Part shown: positions 58,751 to 64,000 of the stretch, one piece after another | How the letters are laid out: every line of letters starts with the position of its first letter | Position numbering within the stretch: position 1 is the first letter of the stretch | Assembly (NCBI RefSeq): GCF_963921235.1 | Contig: NC_086100.1 | Span: 200,014,001 to 200,078,000, forward strand | Source: Mobula hypostoma | Lineage: Eukaryota | Reading direction: 5' to 3' | DNA length: 64,000 bases | Made by a program: the position numbers and the translations under genes | The notes under the pieces: model-generated | Databases searched by the model: none | What the model was told of the DNA's origin: nothing | What the model saw: only the letters and a program-made list of their open reading frames with translations

Positions 58751-60960
58751 ATACTGACTACTCAACATGTATGAACCTACACGGAGACCCAGCTGATACT
58801 GAATGCTCAAGAGGTATGAGCCTACAATGAGACCCAGCTGATACTGACTACTCAACAGGTATGAGCCTACACTGAGACCCAGCTGATACTGACTGCTCAA
58901 CAGGGATGAACGGACACTGAGACCCAGCTGATACTGACTGCTCAACAGGTATGAGCCTACACTGAGACCCAGCTGATACTGACTACTCAACAGGTATGAG
59001 CCTACACTGAGACCCAGCTGATACTGACTACTCAACAGGTATGAACCTACACTGAGACCCAGCTGATACTGACTGCTCAACAGGTATGAGCCTACACTGA
59101 GACCCAGCTGATACTGACTACTCAACAGGTATGAGCCTACACTGAGACCGGGCTGATACTGACTACTCAACAGGTATGAAGCTAAACTGAGACCCAACTG
59201 ATACTGACTGTTCAACAGGTATTAGCCTACACTGAGACCCAGCTGATACTGACTACTCAAAAGGTATGAGCCTACTCTGAGACCCAGCTGATACTGACTG
59301 CTCAGCAGGTATGGGCCTACTGTGAGACCCAGCTGATACTGACTACTCAACATGTATGAACCTACAGTGAGACCCAGATGATACTGACTACTCAACAGGT
59401 ATGAGCCTACACTGAGACCCAGCTGATACTGACTACTCAACAGTATGAACCTACACTGAGACCCAGATGATACTGACTACTCAACAGGTATAAACCTGTA
59501 CTGAGACCCAGCTGATACTGACTACTCAACATGTATGAACCTACACGGAGACCCAGCTGATACTGAATGCTCAACAGGTATGAGCCTACACTGAGAACCA
59601 GCTGATACTGACTACTCAACAGGTATGAAGCAACACTGAGACCAAGCTGATACTGACTACTCAACAGGTATGAGCCTACAATGAGACCCAGCTGATACTG
59701 ACTACTCAACAGGTATGAGCCTACACTGAGACCCAGCTGATACTGACTGCTCAACAGGGATGAACGGACACTGAGACCCAGCTGATACTGACTGCTCAAC
59801 AGGTATGAGCCTACACTGAGACCCAGCTGATACTGACAACTCAACAGGTATGAGCATAAACTGAGACCCAGCTGATACTGACTACTCAACAGGTATGAAC
59901 CTACACTGAGACCCAGCTGATACTGACTGCTCAACACGGATGAGCCTACACTGAGACCCAGCTGATACTGACTACTCAACAGGTATGAGCCTACACTGAG
60001 ACCGGGCTGATACTGACTACTCAACAGGTATGAAGCTAAACTGAGACCCAACTGATACTGACTGTTCAACAGGTATTAGCCTACACTGAGACCCAGCTGA
60101 TACTGACTACTCAAAAGGTATGAGCCTACTCTGAGACCCAGCTGATACTGACTGCTCAGCAGGTATGGGCCTACTGTGAGACCCAGCTGATACTGACTAC
60201 TCAACATGTATGAACCTACAGTGAGACCCAGATGATACTGACTACTCAACAGGTATGAGCCTACACTGAGACCCAGCTGATACTGACTACTCAACAGTAT
60301 GAACCTACACTGAGACCCAGATGATACTGACTACTCAACAGGTATAAACCTGCACTGAGACCCAGCTGGTACTGACTACTCAACATGTATGAACCTACAC
60401 GGAGACCCAGCTGATACTGAATGCTCAACAGGTATGAGCCTACACTGAGAACCAGCTGATACTGACTACTCAACAGGTATGAAGCAACACTGAGACCAAG
60501 CTGATACTGACTACTCAACAGGTATGAGCCTACAATGAGACCCAGCTGATACTGACTACTCAACAGGTATGAGCCTACACTGAGACCCAGCTGATACTGA
60601 CTGCTCAACAGGGATGAACGGACACTGAGACCCAGCTGATACTGACTGCTCAACAGGTATGAGCCTACACTGAGACCCAGCTGATACTGACTACTCAACA
60701 GGTATGAGCATAAACTGAGACCCAGCTGATACTGACTACTCAACAGGTATGAACCTACACTGAGACCCAGCTGATACTGACTGCTCAACACGGATGAGCC
60801 TACACTGAGACCCAGCTGATACTGACTACTCAACTGGTATGAGCCTACACTGAGACCGGGCTGATACTGACTACTCAACAGGTATGAAGCTAAACAGAGA
60901 CCCAACTGATACTGTCTGTTCAACAGGTATTAGCCTACACTGAGACCCAGCTGATACTGA
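58751..60960. repeat. Higher-order repeat, 854-bp unit (19 monomers minus 1 bp), two near-identical copies plus a shorter 764-bp-offset copy
   Basis: ACGGAGACCC at 58781, 59545 and 60399 (offsets 764 and 854). GTTCAACAGGTATTAGCC at about 59210, 60064 and 60918. The ORF track repeats with an 854 offset (59222/60076/60930 and 59437/60291/61145). Confidence 0.9.
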
Positions 60961-63900
60961 CTACTCAATAGGTATGAGCCTACTCTGAGACCCAGCTGAT
61001 ACTGACTACTCAACAGGTATGAACCTAAACTGAGACCCAGCTGATACTGACTGCTCAACACGGATGAGCCTACACTGAGACCCAGCTGATACTGACTACT
61101 CAACTGGTATGAGCCTACACTGAGACCGGGCTGATACTGACTACTCAACAGTATGAACCTACACTGAGACCCAGATGATACTGACTACTCAACAGGTATA
61201 AACCTGCACTGAGATCCAGCTGATACTGACTGCTCAACAGGTATGAAACTACACTGAGACCCAGCTGATACTGACTATTCAACAGGTATGAGCCTATACT
61301 AAGACCCAGCTGATACTGACTACTCAACAGGTATGAGCCTACAGTGACACCCAGCTGACACAGACTACTCAACAGGTATGAACCTACACTGAGACACAGC
61401 TGATACTGACTACTCAACAGGTATGAACCTACACTGATACCCAGCTGATACTGACTACTCAACAGGTATAAACCTACACTGAGACCCAGCTGATACAGAC
61501 TGCTCAACAGGTATGAGCCTACACTGAGATCCAGCTGATACTGACTACTTAACAGGTATGAAGCAACACTGAGACCCAGCTGATACTGACTACTCAACAG
61601 GTATGAGCCTGCACTGAGACCCAGCTGATACTGACTACACAACAGGTATGAGCCTACACTGAGACCCAGCTGATACTGACTGCTCAACAGGGATGAACGG
61701 ACACTGAGACCCAGCTGATAGTGACTGCACAACAGGTATGAGTCTACACTGAGACCCAGCTGATACTGACTGCTCAACAGGTATGAGCCTAAACTGAGAA
61801 CCAGCTGATACTGACTACTCAACAGGTATGAACCGACACTGAGACCCAGCTGATACTGACTGCTCAACAGGTATAAGCCTAGACTGTGTTCCAGCTGATA
61901 CTGACTACTCAAAAGGTATGAATCTACACTGAGACCCAGCTGATACTGACTGCTCAACAGGTATAAGCCTACACTGAGATGCAGCTGATACTGACTAGTC
62001 AACAGGTATGAGCCTAAACTGAGAACCAGCTGATACTGACTACTCAACAGGTATGAACCGACACTGAGACCCAGCTGATACTGACAACTCAACAGGTATG
62101 AGGCTATACTGAGACCCAGCTGATACTGACTACTCAACAGGTATGAGCCTACAGTGAGACCCAGCTGATACTGACTCCTCAACAGGTATGAGCCGAGACT
62201 AAGACCCAGCTGATACTGACTACTCAAGAGGTATAAACCTACACTGAGACTGAGCTGATACTGACTGCTCAACAGGTATGAACCTGCAGTGAGACCCAGC
62301 TGATACTGACTGCTCAACAGGTATGAGCCTACACTGAGACCCAGCTGATACTGACTACTCAACAGGTAAGAGCCGACACTGAGACCCAGCTGATACTGAC
62401 TACTCAACAGATATAAGCCTACACTGAGACCCAGCTGACACTGAGTACTCAACAGGTATGAGCCTACACTGAGACCCAGCTGATACTGACTACTCAACAG
62501 GTATAAACCTACACTGAGACCCAGCTGATACTGACTACTCAACAGGTATAAGCCTACACTGAGATCCAGCTGATACTGACTGCTCAACAGGTATAAGCCG
62601 ACACTGAGATCCAGCTGATACTGATAACTCAACAGGTATGAAGCAACACTGAGACCCAGCTGATACTGACTACTCAACAGGTATGAGCCGACACTGAGAC
62701 CCAGCTGATACTGACTACTCAACAGGTATGAGCCTACACTGAGACCCAGCTGATACTGACTACTCAACAGGTATGAGCCTACACTGAGATCCAGCTGATA
62801 CTGACTGCTGAACAGGTATGAACGGACACTGAGACCCAGCTGATACTGACTGCTCAACAGGTATGAGCCTACACTGAGACCCAGCTGATACTGACTACTC
62901 AACAGGTATAAACCTGCACTGAGACCCAGCTGATGCTGACTGCTCAAAAGGTATGAAACTACACTGAGAGCAAGCTGATACTGACTACTCAACAGGTATG
63001 AGCCTATACTAAGACCCAGCTGATACAGACTACTCAAGAGGTATGAGCCTACAGTGAGACCCAGCTGATATTGACTACTGAACAGGTATGAACCTACACT
63101 GAGACCCAGCTGATACTGACTACTCAACAGGTATGAAGCTACACTGAGACCCAGCTGATACTGACTACTCAACAGGTATGAGCCTACACTGAGACCCAGC
63201 TGATACTGACTGCTCAACAGGTATAAGCCTACACTGAGACCCAGCTGATACTGACTACTCAACAGGTATGAACCTACACTGAGACCCAGCTGATACTGAC
63301 TACTCAACAGGTATGAGCCTACACTGAGACCCAGCTGATACTGACTACTCAACAGGTATGAACCTACACTGAGACCCAGCTGATACTGACTACTCAACAG
63401 GTATGAAGCTACACTGAGACCCAGCTGATACTGACTACTCAACAGGTATGAGCCTACACTGAGACCCAGCTGATACTGACTACTCAACAGGTATAAACCT
63501 GCACTGAGACCCAGCTGATGCTGACTGCTCAACAGGTATGAAACTGCACTGAGACCCAGCTGATACTGACTACTCAACAGGTATGAGCCTATACTAAGAC
63601 CCAGCTGATACTGACTACTCAACAGGTATGAGCCTACAGTGAGACCCAGCTGATACTGACTACTCAACAGGTATGAACCTACACTGAGACCCAGCTGATA
63701 CTGACTACTCAACAGGTATGAACCTACACTGAGACCCAGCTGATACTGACTGCTCAACAGGTATGAGCCTACACTGAGATCCAGCTGATACTGACTGCTC
63801 AACAGGTATGATCCTACACTGAGATCCAGCTGATACTGACTGCTCAACAGGTATGAAGCAACACTGAGACCCAGCTGATACTGACTACTCAACAGGTATG

Positions 63901-64000
63901 AGCCTACACTGAGACCCAGCTGATACTGACTACTCAACAGGTATGAGCCTACACTGAGACCCAGCTGATACTGACTGCTCAACAGGTATGAACGGACACT

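Larger units (their letters stand above)
1..64000. repeat. 45-bp tandem satellite/minisatellite array, about 1,420 copies, single orientation, extends beyond both window edges
   Basis: Monomer ATACTGACTRCTCAACAGGTATGARCCTACACTGAGACCCAGCTG recurs from base 1 to 64000, with only substitutions and small indels. Common polymorphic sites are monomer positions 10 (A/G), 25 (G/A) and 23 (G/A). The consensus has one PvuII (CAGCTG) and one BsaI (GAGACC) site. 64000/45 gives about 1,422 copies. Confidence 0.99.
22700..64000. repeat. Array sub-domain B (variant family B), containing an A-like segment at about 33-37.6 kb
   Basis: Diagnostic variants GAAGCAAC, GAACGGAC, CCTAAACT, TATACTAAG, GTAAGA and CAGTTAT first appear after about 22.8 kb and recur toward the window end. 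Confidence 0.7.

Noticed and set aside
427..63982. Dozens of long minus-strand ORFs encoding (SSQYQLGLSVGSYLL)n or (IPVEQSVSAGSQCRL)n
   Set aside because: They follow automatically from a 45-bp unit with a stop-free frame. Starts are mostly TTG, ends are set by random indels or stops, and there are no unique domains. Not annotated as CDS.
1..64000. CRISPR array
   Set aside because: There are no unique spacers, since the whole 45 bp is conserved, and no leader or cas genes.
1..64000. Transposon, LTR, tRNA, 5S rRNA, snRNA or spliced-leader array
   Set aside because: There is no non-monomer sequence, terminal repeat, cloverleaf or recognisable RNA-gene sequence, and the 45-bp period is too short.
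1..64000. + strand coding under a TGA-recoded genetic code, or the mini-ORF ATG AGC CTA CAC TGA
   Set aside because: Consensus + strand stops are all TGA, but common variants give TAA in one frame, frameshifts are frequent and nothing supports an alternative code. A 4-codon ORF is expected by chance.
1..64000. Fungal RIP signature (TG to TA and CA to TA variants at positions 6, 10, 16, 23, 30, 34, 40)
   Set aside because: Most CA/TG sites remain intact in the great majority of monomers and GC stays near 50%, unlike a RIP-degraded repeat. Transversions are also common.
1..64000. Centromeric or telomeric identity, or a named satellite family or species
   Set aside because: No CENP-B box or telomeric motif was seen and I do not recognise the monomer. 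Assignment needs a Dfam/Repbase/BLAST search and chromatin data.
1..64000. A/G states at positions 10, 23 and 25 as an information-bearing binary code
   Set aside because: Interspersed variant repeats are normal for minisatellites, and I saw no regular pattern beyond the duplications already listed.

Overview
The whole 64-kb window is one uninterrupted, head-to-tail, single-orientation tandem array of a 45-bp monomer (about 1,420 copies; consensus ATACTGACTRCTCAACAGGTATGARCCTACACTGAGACCCAGCTG, about 50% GC, no CpG). The array runs off both ends. I found no unique sequence, real gene, RNA gene, transposon or CRISPR spacer. The long minus-strand ORFs arise because a 3n-length monomer has one stop-free frame. 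This looks like eukaryotic satellite or large minisatellite DNA, but the organism and repeat family cannot be identified from the sequence. The most striking observation is that the monomer, re-phased, reads as a complete minimal spliceosomal intron on the + strand: GTATGA donor, TACTGAC/TACTAAC/GCTGAC branch-point motif, then CAG acceptor. Copies abut with zero-length exons (CAG|GTATGA), and all three + frames contain stops. Whether it is actually spliced is a hypothesis. Rare variants reveal sub-domains and higher-order duplications (854, 1575, 1889, about 3200, 5534 and about 6300-6700 bp) and rising divergence toward 61-63 kb. Some indels look like assembly-consensus errors. All counts and spacings were read by eye.
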